A stretch of 64,000 nt of DNA, taken from the IMG/VR virus record IMGVR_UViG_3300047160_004786, positions 1 to 64,000 of that record. One strand, 5' to 3'. The notes beneath the pieces are model-generated. The model saw nothing but the letters and a program-made list of their open reading frames with translations, had not been told where the DNA came from and made no database searches. This stretch comes from a virus (taxonomy: Duplodnaviria; Caudoviricetes). Shown here in pieces: positions 27,138 to 36,917 of this stretch; the first letter of the stretch is position 1, and the number at the start of each line of letters is the position of its first letter. The position numbers were made by a program, and so were the translations under genes.

Positions 27138-30041
27138 ATGGCGTTCTTGGACAGCGATCAGTCCACCGACGATGCCGGTACTGACTATGGGGAACCGGGG
27201 CAAGATGAATCTCCAGGCCGGGGACCGTCTGGTATCGATCTCGATCAGCTTGCCGGCAAGGACGGTGGGGATGAATCCCGCCGGCTGGCCAAGTACTGGC
27301 TTGGGCAGATTGACAAGGTGGACGATGAGCAGAAGCGGTGGGTGAAGCGAGCCAAGGCGATTGAGAAGCGATACCGGGACGAGCGTAACCGGGTCGACGA
27401 GGAGGGGCAGAGGCGTGCGAATATTTTCTACGCCAACATTCAGATCCTTTACCCGTCCCTGTATGGACGTTGTCCGGTTCCTATTGCGGAGAGGCGGTTT
27501 CAGGACAAGGATCCTGTCGGTCGAGGGGCGGCCCAGATCATCGAGCGGGCATTGCGTAATGAGATTGAGATTAACGAATACAACGAGAGCGTTGCCAGTT
27601 GCGTTTTGGATTACCTCTTAGGAGGACGTGGGCAGTGTTGGGTCAGGTACGAACCTGAGTTCGGCCCGGGGATTTCGATTCCCATCGAGACCCAGAACGA
27701 CATAAGAGATGACGAGGGGGATATCGTTGGTGAGGATGGGGAGGGCGATGAGGATACCGAGGAGGAAATAAAGGTCGGTGAGACCGGCAGCGTCATCCTG
27801 CGGGAGAGCGTGCCGGTCGATTACGTGCCGTGGCTCGATTTCTACATGTTTCCCTCCAAGGCTCGAAAGTGGCGGGAAGTTCGAGCGGTCGGCAAGCGGT
27901 GCTACATGAGCCGCAGTGAAATGAAGAAGCGATTTGGCGAGGAGATCGGTGAGGACATTCCGCTCCAGACTGATGATCGCGATAAGCGGAATCAAAATGA
28001 AAATCGCCGCGTGCAGGATGAGGATGACGCGAAGGGCGAGGTCTACGAGATATGGGACTTGGACACGCGGGCCGTCTACTGGGTTGCGATTGGTTACAGT
28101 TATCTGTGTGATCGAAAAGATGATCCATACGGCTTGGAGAGATTTTTTCCATGCCCGCCGCCGCTGACGGCAAATCCCACAAACAGCACGATGATCCCGG
28201 TGCCGGACTACGTCCAGTATCAGGATCAGGCTGTGATGCTGGATGAGCTTACGCAGAGGATCAGTCAGCTAGCGAAGGCGTGCAAGATCGCCGGCACGTA
28301 CAATGCGGCCTCGACCGAGATTGCGAGGTTGCTCGATGAGAGTGTCGAGAACGAATTGATTCCGGTCGATCAATGGGCGGTCTTTGCCGAGAAGGGTGGG
28401 ATTCAGGGTCAGATAAGCTTGTTGCCGTTGAAGGACATCATCGGCGTCCTCAACGAGCTTATGCAAGTCAAGGAGCGGGTCCAGGCCGAATGCGACCGCG
28501 TTTCCGGCATTACCGATATTCTAAGGGGGACTACCGATTCCCGTGAGACGCTCGGGGCTCAGCGGATCAAGACCAATTCCACCGGGTCGAGGCTGCATCA
28601 GAAGCAGGTACGTGTCGCCAATTTTGCGAAGGAAATTATTTGTCTGATCGCGGAAATAATGTGCAAGCATTTCTCTCCGAGGTCACTGATTGAGGCCTCA
28701 GGGGCCTTGTACGAGGAGGGGCTCGGCCCCGACGACGTGAGCTTTTTGGGGTTTGGGGCCGCAGCGGAGCCGTTGCATGCTCCTCTGCCCCCGCCTGGGG
28801 CCGGCGGGCCTCCGGGGATGGGGCCACCTGGGATGCCACCTCCTGGGGGGCCTCCAGGCTTGCCGCCACCGGGCATGCCACCCGGCGGACCCGCTGGTGC
28901 TCTGCCACCCCCAGGGGCACCGCCTGGAGGGATGCCGCCTAGGCCAGGACTACCTCCCCCTGGAATGCCCCCAGGAGCCCCAGGGATGCGTCCAGGGATG
29001 CCGCCGCCCGGCATGCCGCCTGGGATGCGTCCACCAATGGGTGGGCCTCCTGGCGTGCCTGGGATGCCGCCTCCTGGTATGCCTCCAGGGATGATGCGAC
29101 CCGGGATGCCACCGGGTATGCCGATGCCTGGAATGCCTCCAGGGATGCCCGGTATGCCACCTCCGGGGATGCCGATGCCGGGGATGCCTGGAGCCCCTCC
29201 TGGCGGGCCGCCCGGGATGCTTCAACCACAAGACATGATCGGACAGAGCGATCCAGCCAAGCTGATCAGAGCCATGGTGAGGATCGCCCGGTCCATCGAT
29301 CTCCTGCGGTCGGACCACATCCGAGGTTTTCGCATTGATATCGAGGTGGACTCGACGGTCTTTGGGGATCAAGCTCAGGAAAAACAGGACCGGGTCGAAT
29401 TTATCGGTGCCGTCACCAAATATCTTCAGACGGCCGGACAGATGGCCATGCAGGTGCCGCAGGCTGCACCGTTGCTTGGCAAGCTGTTGCAATTTGGGGT
29501 GAGGGGTTTCCGGGTCGGTCGAGACTTGGAGTCAGCCATCGAGCAGTTTTGCGAAGAGGCCGAGAACATGGCCAAGATGCAGGCCGCTCAGGCTCAGAGC
29601 AAGCCTAATCCTCTAGAGATGCGTGCCCAGGCTGACATGATGCGGGCTCATGTCGATATGGCTAAGGCCCAGGGTGAGGGGCAGCAATTGCAAATGAAAG
29701 CCCAGATCGCCCAGCAAGCTCACGCGGCTGATGCCCAGAAGGCCCAGGCCGACATGGCGAAGACCCAAGCTGAGATCCAGCATGGTCAGGCCGAGAGTCA
29801 GGCCCGGGCCATGCAGTCTCAGGCAGAGGTTCAGAGGCAGCAGATCGACAGCAGAGCCGAGATGATGAACTCGCAGGCTGAGCTTGCCGGCAAGCAGATG
29901 GATATTCAGATGCGGCAGATGGAACAGCAGATACGGGCCTCGGAACTCGAGGTTCAGAAATTAAAATTGCAGTTGGAGATTGAGAAATTGAGGAATCCTC
30001 CACCTCCATCGCCCGGTCAGGTTATGTCAGGGGCGGCTTGA
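27138..30041 (+). CDS. Phage portal protein (P22-like) with a Pro/Gly/Met low-complexity insertion
   Basis: NIFYANIQILYPSLY, RRFQDKDP, EVRAVGKR, LERFFPCP, SGITDILRG, ETLGAQRIK, and a Q/A-rich coiled-coil C-terminus. Confidence 0.88.
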   Translation: MAFLDSDQSTDDAGTDYGEPGQDESPGRGPSGIDLDQLAGKDGGDESRRLAKYWLGQIDKVDDEQKRWVKRAKAIEKRYRDERNRVDEEGQRRANIFYANIQILYPSLYGRCPVPIAERRFQDKDPVGRGAAQIIERALRNEIEINEYNESVASCVLDYLLGGRGQCWVRYEPEFGPGISIPIETQNDIRDDEGDIVGEDGEGDEDTEEEIKVGETGSVILRESVPVDYVPWLDFYMFPSKARKWREVRAVGKRCYMSRSEMKKRFGEEIGEDIPLQTDDRDKRNQNENRRVQDEDDAKGEVYEIWDLDTRAVYWVAIGYSYLCDRKDDPYGLERFFPCPPPLTANPTNSTMIPVPDYVQYQDQAVMLDELTQRISQLAKACKIAGTYNAASTEIARLLDESVENELIPVDQWAVFAEKGGIQGQISLLPLKDIIGVLNELMQVKERVQAECDRVSGITDILRGTTDSRETLGAQRIKTNSTGSRLHQKQVRVANFAKEIICLIAEIMCKHFSPRSLIEASGALYEEGLGPDDVSFLGFGAAAEPLHAPLPPPGAGGPPGMGPPGMPPPGGPPGLPPPGMPPGGPAGALPPPGAPPGGMPPRPGLPPPGMPPGAPGMRPGMPPPGMPPGMRPPMGGPPGVPGMPPPGMPPGMMRPGMPPGMPMPGMPPGMPGMPPPGMPMPGMPGAPPGGPPGMLQPQDMIGQSDPAKLIRAMVRIARSIDLLRSDHIRGFRIDIEVDSTVFGDQAQEKQDRVEFIGAVTKYLQTAGQMAMQVPQAAPLLGKLLQFGVRGFRVGRDLESAIEQFCEEAENMAKMQAAQAQSKPNPLEMRAQADMMRAHVDMAKAQGEGQQLQMKAQIAQQAHAADAQKAQADMAKTQAEIQHGQAESQARAMQSQAEVQRQQIDSRAEMMNSQAELAGKQMDIQMRQMEQQIRASELEVQKLKLQLEIEKLRNPPPPSPGQVMSGAA

Positions 30042-30168
30042 TGTGTCGTGAAAAAGAAAAAACGTCTTGGTAAAAAAAGACGTGGGATCAAATTAACTTG
30101 GCGTGGACGCAAGCCACGTTGGGGTGATAAGGTTGAGAAAGTTGGGAGATACGGCGGACGCTGGAAAA

Positions 30169-30552
30169 ATGCGGAGGAGATTTCGGTACGACCCTGACCT
30201 TGATCGCACTGTCGAGATCGGTGACAATTATTTTGAGGAGCGTGAGACTGGCCCCTACGTGGTGGGTGACATCGAGGAATATCGAACGGTTGCGGGTGAT
30301 GTCGCGAATGATGGTAAGCGGGTCAATATCAGCAGCCGGTCTCGACACCGCGAATTTTTGAGGGACAATAACTACGTCGAGGTCGGGAATGACTACGACA
30401 AAAATCAAGTCGAGCTTGGACAACCAAGGAAGGCATCGCTGTCGGAAAAGAGAGACGCCAAGGAACGGCGTGTCGAGGCGATAAAGCGAGCAATCGAAGA
30501 TGTTCGAGCCGGACGAGGTTACAGACCGCATCCGTCTCATTTCGAGGACTGA
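30169..30552 (+). CDS. Conserved phage protein between portal and scaffold
   Basis: ISSRSRHREFLRDNNYVEVGND motif and position. Confidence 0.65.
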   Translation: MRRRFRYDPDLDRTVEIGDNYFEERETGPYVVGDIEEYRTVAGDVANDGKRVNISSRSRHREFLRDNNYVEVGNDYDKNQVELGQPRKASLSEKRDAKERRVEAIKRAIEDVRAGRGYRPHPSHFED

Positions 30553-30594
30553 GCCTATGCCTATGCCCATGCCTATCAACAAAGGGACACGCAT

Positions 30595-31965
30595 ATGCAT
30601 AGCCTGCTTGAGGACTATCTGCCCCTGATGGCAGCGGAGGGTCTGGGCACCGGGGGTGGCGAGGAATCTGGATCGGCACCGCCGCCCCCACCGACGGACG
30701 ACGATGGAGGTGGGGGCAGGGACGAGCCGGCATCCAGGGATCCTCTCGGGGCCGACGGTGGCGACAAGGAAGTTGGCGAGCGGGCTCGACCTTCGATCCG
30801 GCGAGCACTTACCAGAACCATCGAAGATCTGAACCGTGACGCCGGCCGGGACCGTCAGGGTCGGTTTACGAGGTCTGCCCCGGAGGAGGCTGACGGAGCC
30901 GGCACCAGGGGTCAGCGGCAAGAGCAGCCGGCCCAGGCTGAGAGGCCCGCTGCGGCCCCTGCGAGCCCCGCTGGTGAGCCCAGGTCAGAGCCCCCTGCCG
31001 GGTGGGCCAGGGAAGCTAAAGACGCATGGGCGGGGCTCCCTGAGCCTGTACGGCAGGCCACGCTGCGACGTGAGCAGGAGATGGCGGCCGGCGTCGAGCA
31101 ACTCAAGCAGAGGTACGGCCTGGAGATCCAAGCTCACCGGCAGCTTGGGGATGCGGTGCGACCCTACATGGAGGACATCCGGCGGGCCGGCGTGGACCCC
31201 CACATAGGGGTGCAGCGACTGCTCCAGTGGCATCGGGATCTCCAGAGTAATCCGGCCCAGAGCATGGTCCGGCTGATGGCCATGTTCGGGCTCGATCCGC
31301 GTCAGCCGCTTGTGGGTGGGGGACCGCAGCAGCCGGCTCAGCAGCAAGTGACCGGGGTGCCGGACGAGATCAAGCCGCTGGTCGAGGCGATCAATCCGTA
31401 TTTCCAGCAACAGATCAATCCATTCAGCGACCAACTCAATCAGGTCAATCAGCGATTGGCGGCCTGGGAGCAGCAGAACGCCCAGAGCAAGCAGCGGCAG
31501 ACCGAAACTCAGGTCGAGAGGTGGGGTGACGACAAGCCGTATTTCGCGGCGGTGCGGCCCCTCATGCGGGAGATTCTGATCGGGGCGGATCAGAGCGGCA
31601 CGGCCGGCAGGTTCCTCGACCGGTACGGTGAGGTCGATCTCGACAAGCTCTATGGGGAGGCGGTCTGGCAACACCCGGAGGTTCGGCAGAGGATTCAGCA
31701 GGAGCAGCGGGATTACGAGCATCAGCAAGCTCAGCAAGCGGCGGCTCAGCAAGCCGCCCAGCAAGCGGCCGAGGAGAAGCGGGTGCAGGATCAGCGGAGG
31801 GCTGAGGCGGATCGGGCTCGGCGGGCCTCTGCGTCTGTGAGGCCCGGGGCTCCAGGGACGACTCCTCAGCGGAGACCTGGGGAGCAGAAGGCCCCCACCA
31901 GTGTCAGGGACTCGATTGTTCAGGCTATGCAGCAAGTCAACGAGAACCGGGGAGCACGTGTTTAA
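30595..31965 (+). CDS. Putative capsid scaffolding protein
   Basis: Acidic/Pro-rich N-terminus, RDRQGRF, PPAGWAREAKDAW, Q-rich coiled coil, directly upstream of the capsid gene. Confidence 0.75.
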   Translation: MHSLLEDYLPLMAAEGLGTGGGEESGSAPPPPPTDDDGGGGRDEPASRDPLGADGGDKEVGERARPSIRRALTRTIEDLNRDAGRDRQGRFTRSAPEEADGAGTRGQRQEQPAQAERPAAAPASPAGEPRSEPPAGWAREAKDAWAGLPEPVRQATLRREQEMAAGVEQLKQRYGLEIQAHRQLGDAVRPYMEDIRRAGVDPHIGVQRLLQWHRDLQSNPAQSMVRLMAMFGLDPRQPLVGGGPQQPAQQQVTGVPDEIKPLVEAINPYFQQQINPFSDQLNQVNQRLAAWEQQNAQSKQRQTETQVERWGDDKPYFAAVRPLMREILIGADQSGTAGRFLDRYGEVDLDKLYGEAVWQHPEVRQRIQQEQRDYEHQQAQQAAAQQAAQQAAEEKRVQDQRRAEADRARRASASVRPGAPGTTPQRRPGEQKAPTSVRDSIVQAMQQVNENRGARV

Positions 31966-32346
31966 TCCGGGGAATTATCATGTTTATTGCCGATGATTTT
32001 AAGGCAATTAATAAGGCTCTCAGGAAATTGGAGGGTGAGGGTTGGTGGCAACCCAGAAAATTGGAATTTCCAATTCAAGATATTAAGCAGGTTGTTGAGC
32101 AATTGACGTTGGAATTGACACGGCCTGTTTCCAAGGCATAGTCTGCAACCGTGCCGGCCCCACAAGGGCCGGTGGTCTATCCTGAGCTTGGAGCCGACTA
32201 CAAACGGCTCGGCCAGGGGGCGACCGACCTGAGCACGGTGGGCCTGTTCGAGCGAAGCCAGGGCGGCCACAATCCGCTCATGGACGCTACCGAGACGGCG
32301 GCCGAGATCCCCAATCAATGCCTATTTGCCACGAAAGGAGATTGTC

Positions 32347-32415
32347 GTGGCGTTCCCAAATCTCAGCGAAGTCGTGACGACGACGCTGCGGTCGAGAACG
32401 GGTGAGCTTGCGGAT
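32347..32415 (+). CDS. Major capsid protein exon 1 (MAFPNLSEVVTTTLRSRTGELAD)
   Basis: AAGGAG RBS, GTG start, 23 codons ending in T at the 5' splice site. Joins in frame to 33428. Confidence 0.9.
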
Positions 32416-33427
32416 TAAGTTTAAGTCCGCTATAAACCGGGTGAATTGCTGGGAACTCCTTAGAGCTTCGATCACCACAGCATGGTCCGAGAGGGCGAGT
32501 GCGACGGTCGAAAAGATCGGAGATTGGACAATCAGCAGCCAAGCCAAGCTGGGGACAAGTAGCTTGGAAGGTTCAACGACTAGGGCTGTGAGACCCCGAC
32601 GATAATCGGCCCCACGAGTGCCCGGTGCCTATGCCTACAGATCACGCTGGGATCTATTCCGTAGCCAACAACGTTACTCACAAGGTATACGTTGGATCTT
32701 CAGTGAATGTGTTGAAGCGTATTCGGGAGCACATTTGGGCTCTCAAGCGTGGAGACCATCCGAATAGGCACTTGCAGAGTGCCTGGAATAAGTACGGAGA
32801 GCATAGCTTTGAGTTTTCCGTCTTAGAGCACTGTAGCATCAGGTGGCTTGCGAAAAGGGAACAGTGGTGGATCGAAGAGTTGCAGTCTAACGGTGTGAAT
32901 GGGTACAACCTTCAGCATGCCAAGAGAGGGAAGTATCCTTGTCCCAACGTTGATGGTCACAAGATTTATTGGGACAATCTATCGGAAGACGAGAAGAGTG
33001 AGCGTGTTAAGCATCTTGTTGAACCGATAAACCGTAAGGGCAATTCTAAGCGTTTGTTATATCGATGGCGGGATCCGGAGTTCAGGGCTAAGCGAATAGC
33101 TGGCCTTAACAGGGGTAGAGAAAAAACTAACTCGAACCCTACGGATAAGATGCTGTCGGCTCTTTCTGCTGGAAGGTCCAAGGCACTAAAACGCTGGAAG
33201 ACTGACCAAGAGCTAAGGGATAAGCAGCGAGCCAATAATTTGGCTCAGTGGCAAATCCCAGAAATACGCCAAGCTAGATTAGCTGCGTTGGCTCGTGGCA
33301 GAGAGAAGACGAACGCAAAGAAAAAGGCCGATGCTGCGGCTCGTAGATTGGCTAGGCAATGATATAGTCTGGACTGGCTGGAAATCAGCCAGATGTCGGT
33401 CATAAACAGGCCGACGGTAACAGATCG
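32416..33427 (+). mobile_element. Group I self-splicing intron in the major capsid gene
   Basis: P1 GCGGAT/GTCCGC with a U.G wobble. Core P AATTGCTGGGAA (32444), Q AATCAGCAGC (32530), R GTTCAACGACTA (32571), S GATATAGTC (33361). Terminal G at 33427. Confidence 0.92.
32631..33362 (+). CDS. Intron-encoded GIY-YIG homing endonuclease
   Basis: GIYSVANNVTHKVYVGSS..KRIREH..E..WI..GYN. The stop overlaps the intron S element. Confidence 0.92.
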   Translation: MPTDHAGIYSVANNVTHKVYVGSSVNVLKRIREHIWALKRGDHPNRHLQSAWNKYGEHSFEFSVLEHCSIRWLAKREQWWIEELQSNGVNGYNLQHAKRGKYPCPNVDGHKIYWDNLSEDEKSERVKHLVEPINRKGNSKRLLYRWRDPEFRAKRIAGLNRGREKTNSNPTDKMLSALSAGRSKALKRWKTDQELRDKQRANNLAQWQIPEIRQARLAALARGREKTNAKKKADAAARRLARQ

Positions 33428-34381
33428 AACATGAGCCGCAATAATGCTGGGCTTGTCCGAATTTCTCGTCGTGGCAATGTGAAACCAGTTTCTGGTGGAA
33501 GGACGATTGTTCAAGAGCTTAATTATGCGAACAATCAAACTTTCCAATGGTATTCGGGTTATTCGACCCTGAATATCGCACCCTCTCAGGTCTTCTCCGC
33601 TGCGGAGTTCCCGTGGCGTCAGGCGGCGGTCGCTGTCTCGATCTCGGGTCTGGAGGAACTTCAGAACTCGGGCGAGGAGGCGATCATCGATCTGCTTGAG
33701 AGCCGGGTTGCCAATGCCGAGGACACGTTCATGAACGGCCTCAGCAACGGTTTCTACGGTGATGGCAGTGTTGCCAACTCAATCGGCGGTCTTCAGTTGC
33801 TGATCTCGAACTCGCCAGCCACCGGAACGGTTGGCGGCATTTCCCGGTCGGCCTGGACGTTCTGGCAGAATCAGAGATGGTCCGCCACGACCAACGGCTC
33901 GACTGCTCTGTCCCCCTCCACGATCCAGTCGCAGATGGACGCTCTCTATGTGCTGCTGGTGCGTGGCCGGGATTATCCCGACCTGATCCTGTTCGACAAC
34001 GTGCTCTACCGGTATTTCCTGCAATCGTTGCAGGCTATCCAGAGGGTGCAGTCTGACGCACCGGATTTCGTCGGGCTTGGGTATCAGACCTTGAAGTACA
34101 TGAACAGTGATGTGGTACTGGACGGTGGCTTCCAGGGTCTTGCGACTGATCCTCTCCCGCCGGAAATTTCGGGCGGCAGTGCGGTCGGTGGCGTGCCTTC
34201 GACCACTGGGTTCTTCATCAATACCAAGTATCTTCACTGGCGGCCCCATAGCCGGCGGAACATGGTGCCTCTCGATCCTGATCGTTTCTCGATCAATCAG
34301 GACGCCATGATCCGGTTGCTTGGCTGGATGGGTAACCTGACGCTTTCGAACGCCTTCCTCCAGGGTCTCCTCGCGGCTTGA
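33428..34381 (+). CDS. Major capsid protein exon 2
   Basis: NMSRNNAG..RGNVKPVSGGRTIVQEL..AAEFPWRQAAVAVSISGLEELQNSG..IIDLLESR, a typical podovirus-type MCP. Confidence 0.92.
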   Translation, partial: NMSRNNAGLVRISRRGNVKPVSGGRTIVQELNYANNQTFQWYSGYSTLNIAPSQVFSAAEFPWRQAAVAVSISGLEELQNSGEEAIIDLLESRVANAEDTFMNGLSNGFYGDGSVANSIGGLQLLISNSPATGTVGGISRSAWTFWQNQRWSATTNGSTALSPSTIQSQMDALYVLLVRGRDYPDLILFDNVLYRYFLQSLQAIQRVQSDAPDFVGLGYQTLKYMNSDVVLDGGFQGLATDPLPPEISGGSAVGGVPSTTGFFINTKYLHWRPHSRRNMVPLDPDRFSINQDAMIRLLGWMGNLTLSNAFLQGLLAA

Positions 34382-34449
34382 GGATTGCTCTGGGACTCCC
34401 TCTCCCTGACCATCCGCAGGGGGAGGGAGGTCGCATTGGGGGTGGTCGA

Positions 34450-36038
34450 TGGCTAGCATATCTGACGTGATTGCGGCCCTTCGTAATCGTCAGCCGGCCA
34501 ATCCCGCTGATCAATCGGCATCGCCGGAAGCTCCCGACATCAGTGGAGGCAGACCGACGGTGCTAGGTGCCGTGGGACAAGCTCTCGGCACGATTGGGGG
34601 AGAGCGGCTCGGACAACTTTACGACATGGCGACTTACCCGTTCCATCATCCGTATCCTCCAAGCTTCTCTGATAAGGATGATCCCCGGACGCAGGCTGCT
34701 ATCGGGAATGCGTTAAACATCGCTGCGACGACGGCGGGAGGCGGATTAGGGGCTTCGCCTGCGGGTACTGGAGAGATGGCACTGGGGTCTGGGCTTATGC
34801 GTATACGTCAGCCCAGAACTTTTAATTTCAATGAGCAGGGTATTCCTATTATTTCCGGTAAGAGTGAGAAGGCCGCTTACGGAAGACGTGCCGGAAAATT
34901 AGCGGATGAAATAAGTCAAATGGATCCTAATGCTGGTCCGCTGGAGATAGCAAAGTATCCAGGTCCAGCTCCGTCTGAACAATTTGCACTGAAAAGGTAT
35001 ACCCCAAAGAAGGGGACTTCTGACAGGATGAGAAGGGCTTTAGAAAATCCGAATGTACTCGAAGGGGTTGATCAAAGCATTCTTGAGGGAATGAATATTG
35101 GTGCTGACAAGTGGTATCACACTGAACCTGTCAGGCAGGGGTTTTTGAAATACGGTGAAGGTTTTGGCGATGAGATGTTTCGCAACTACATGAACAATGT
35201 GGCTGCGACCAGTCCTAGATCGAATTTCCCGATGAACACCAGGAATGCATCATTCTATTATCATCTGGGTGAAACACCGGACGATATTGAATTGATGAAG
35301 CTTCCGTACCCCTATGGTCATATTGCACAGAACCTTCACAAAAGAAACGTGGCGACGAATGTGCTCGGAGAGGGATGGAACTTGAGGCAAAATCCCAAGC
35401 CGGCATCATTCTATCAGAATTTGATAGGGAATCTTGTCCCTGGAACGATGGATACTCATGCATTCCGCAATATTGCGATGAGAACCGGAGATCCCGATTT
35501 CCTTGAGAGGATGATCAGCGAAAAGCTGGAAAGTCCAGACGCACCGCTATCAAACATGCAGGCAATGTACGGAGAGAGGCGAGGAGACAAATTATATTAT
35601 CGTCCACAGAAGCTGTTTCTTACCAATCGAATGAGTATGGATGAAGCTCAGAATTTTCCGATATTCTGGGCATCCAGGCCAAGGCCGAATGAATACGCCG
35701 CTGCTGAGGATTTATATACTCAACTAGCAAAGGCTCGTGGATTGCAGCCTGCTGAAGGTCAGTCGGCTGCATGGGCTGGAGCAGCGGGATTGACTGGGCT
35801 GGAAAGTCCTCCAAATCGGACTGCTACACAAGCTTTGAATAATCGGATATTGCTTGCGGCTCGTCTTCGTGGAGAAGACCCGGAAGATACATTGAAATGG
35901 TTTGTGCGACAGAGGAAACCACTTCTTAACTGGGCCGCACCGTTTGCGGCCGGTGCTGCTGCGGCTGGTGCTGGCCTGGGAGCGGCGGCAACCAGAGGCC
36001 GAGAGCAGAACCCGGCAGGCCAGGGTGGCGGAACATGA
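34450..36038 (+). CDS. Probable virion-ejected protein with an uncharacterised enzymatic domain (ATSPR..TMDTH)
   Basis: Low-complexity N-terminus and Ala/Gly tail typical of ejected proteins. The TMDTH motif is reminiscent of HhH glycosylase-like domains. Confidence 0.55.
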
Positions 36039-36217
36039 TCATCAACTGGTTTTCCTGTCCTGCCGATATGGACGCACTCAACACCGAAATTCAGGCGAGG
36101 AACATCACACCAGAAATGCTCGCCTCGATACTTCTTGTCGATGAGCCAAACACCAGCGGCATTGGCGGAACTGTGGTGAAATTTCGGGTGCTCTATTGGG
36201 ATCCCAAGGGGTCTTGA
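36035..36217 (+). CDS. Small hypothetical protein
   Basis: ATGA overlap, 60 aa. Confidence 0.55.
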   Translation: MIINWFSCPADMDALNTEIQARNITPEMLASILLVDEPNTSGIGGTVVKFRVLYWDPKGS

Positions 36218-36343
36218 TTACGTGCCTGCTATCTGACAAGCTATGAAGGTCCGTCGAAACCAATCGTCGGTCTCCGTTATGCCTAGGCCTACCAAGTTCA
36301 GCCTATGCCTACAGCAAGCCGCAATGCGGCGGGAGACGACGAC

Positions 36344-36910
36344 ATGGCTATCTATTCAACGACCGCTCAGGCGGGCATCGACGTAAATCAAGTTTTCTAT
36401 CTGGATTCGCTATTTCCCGAGTATCCGGCACCGCCTTTCCTTGTTGGCGAGCTTGCCTGGGGTACGGACGGATCGGAGTGGGTGTTCGTTACCTCGACCG
36501 TGGCCGTTCCGGCTGGTGGCGTGTGTCTGGTCAGTGCGGTCCCGGGACAGTGGTTATCCTCTCCCACGGGTGGAACGGTGGCCACGGCTCCGACCGGGCA
36601 GTTGATCGGGGTGCAGGGTGGCTCGGCTGGGACCAATACGGTCGCGGCGTTGTCCACGACCCAGACCGGGAGCTTCTACTGGCTCCAGCGGGCCGGCAAC
36701 TGCCCGAATGTGAGTTGTGCGGCTGCAACGACGGCGAACACAACCCCCCTGCATTCGGTAGCGACGGTTCCTGGTCAGGTATCGGCGGCCGGTGCTGGTG
36801 TAGGCACGACCTACCAGATCAACGGTATGGTGATCTCGCAGGCGGCCGGCAGTGTGGCCGGACCGAATACGGCTGTCCTGAATTACCCGGTTGTGGGAGC
36901 GACAAACTAA
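36344..36910 (+). CDS. Putative capsid decoration/cement protein
   Basis: GGAG RBS, Gly/Ala/Thr-rich beta protein downstream of the MCP. Confidence 0.6.
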   Translation: MAIYSTTAQAGIDVNQVFYLDSLFPEYPAPPFLVGELAWGTDGSEWVFVTSTVAVPAGGVCLVSAVPGQWLSSPTGGTVATAPTGQLIGVQGGSAGTNTVAALSTTQTGSFYWLQRAGNCPNVSCAAATTANTTPLHSVATVPGQVSAAGAGVGTTYQINGMVISQAAGSVAGPNTAVLNYPVVGATN

Positions 36911-36917
36911 GGATCAA

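Noticed and set aside
33431-34381. Complete capsid gene starting at ATG 33431
   Set aside because: No RBS. The conserved N-terminus lies in exon 1 at 32347-32415 across a group I intron.
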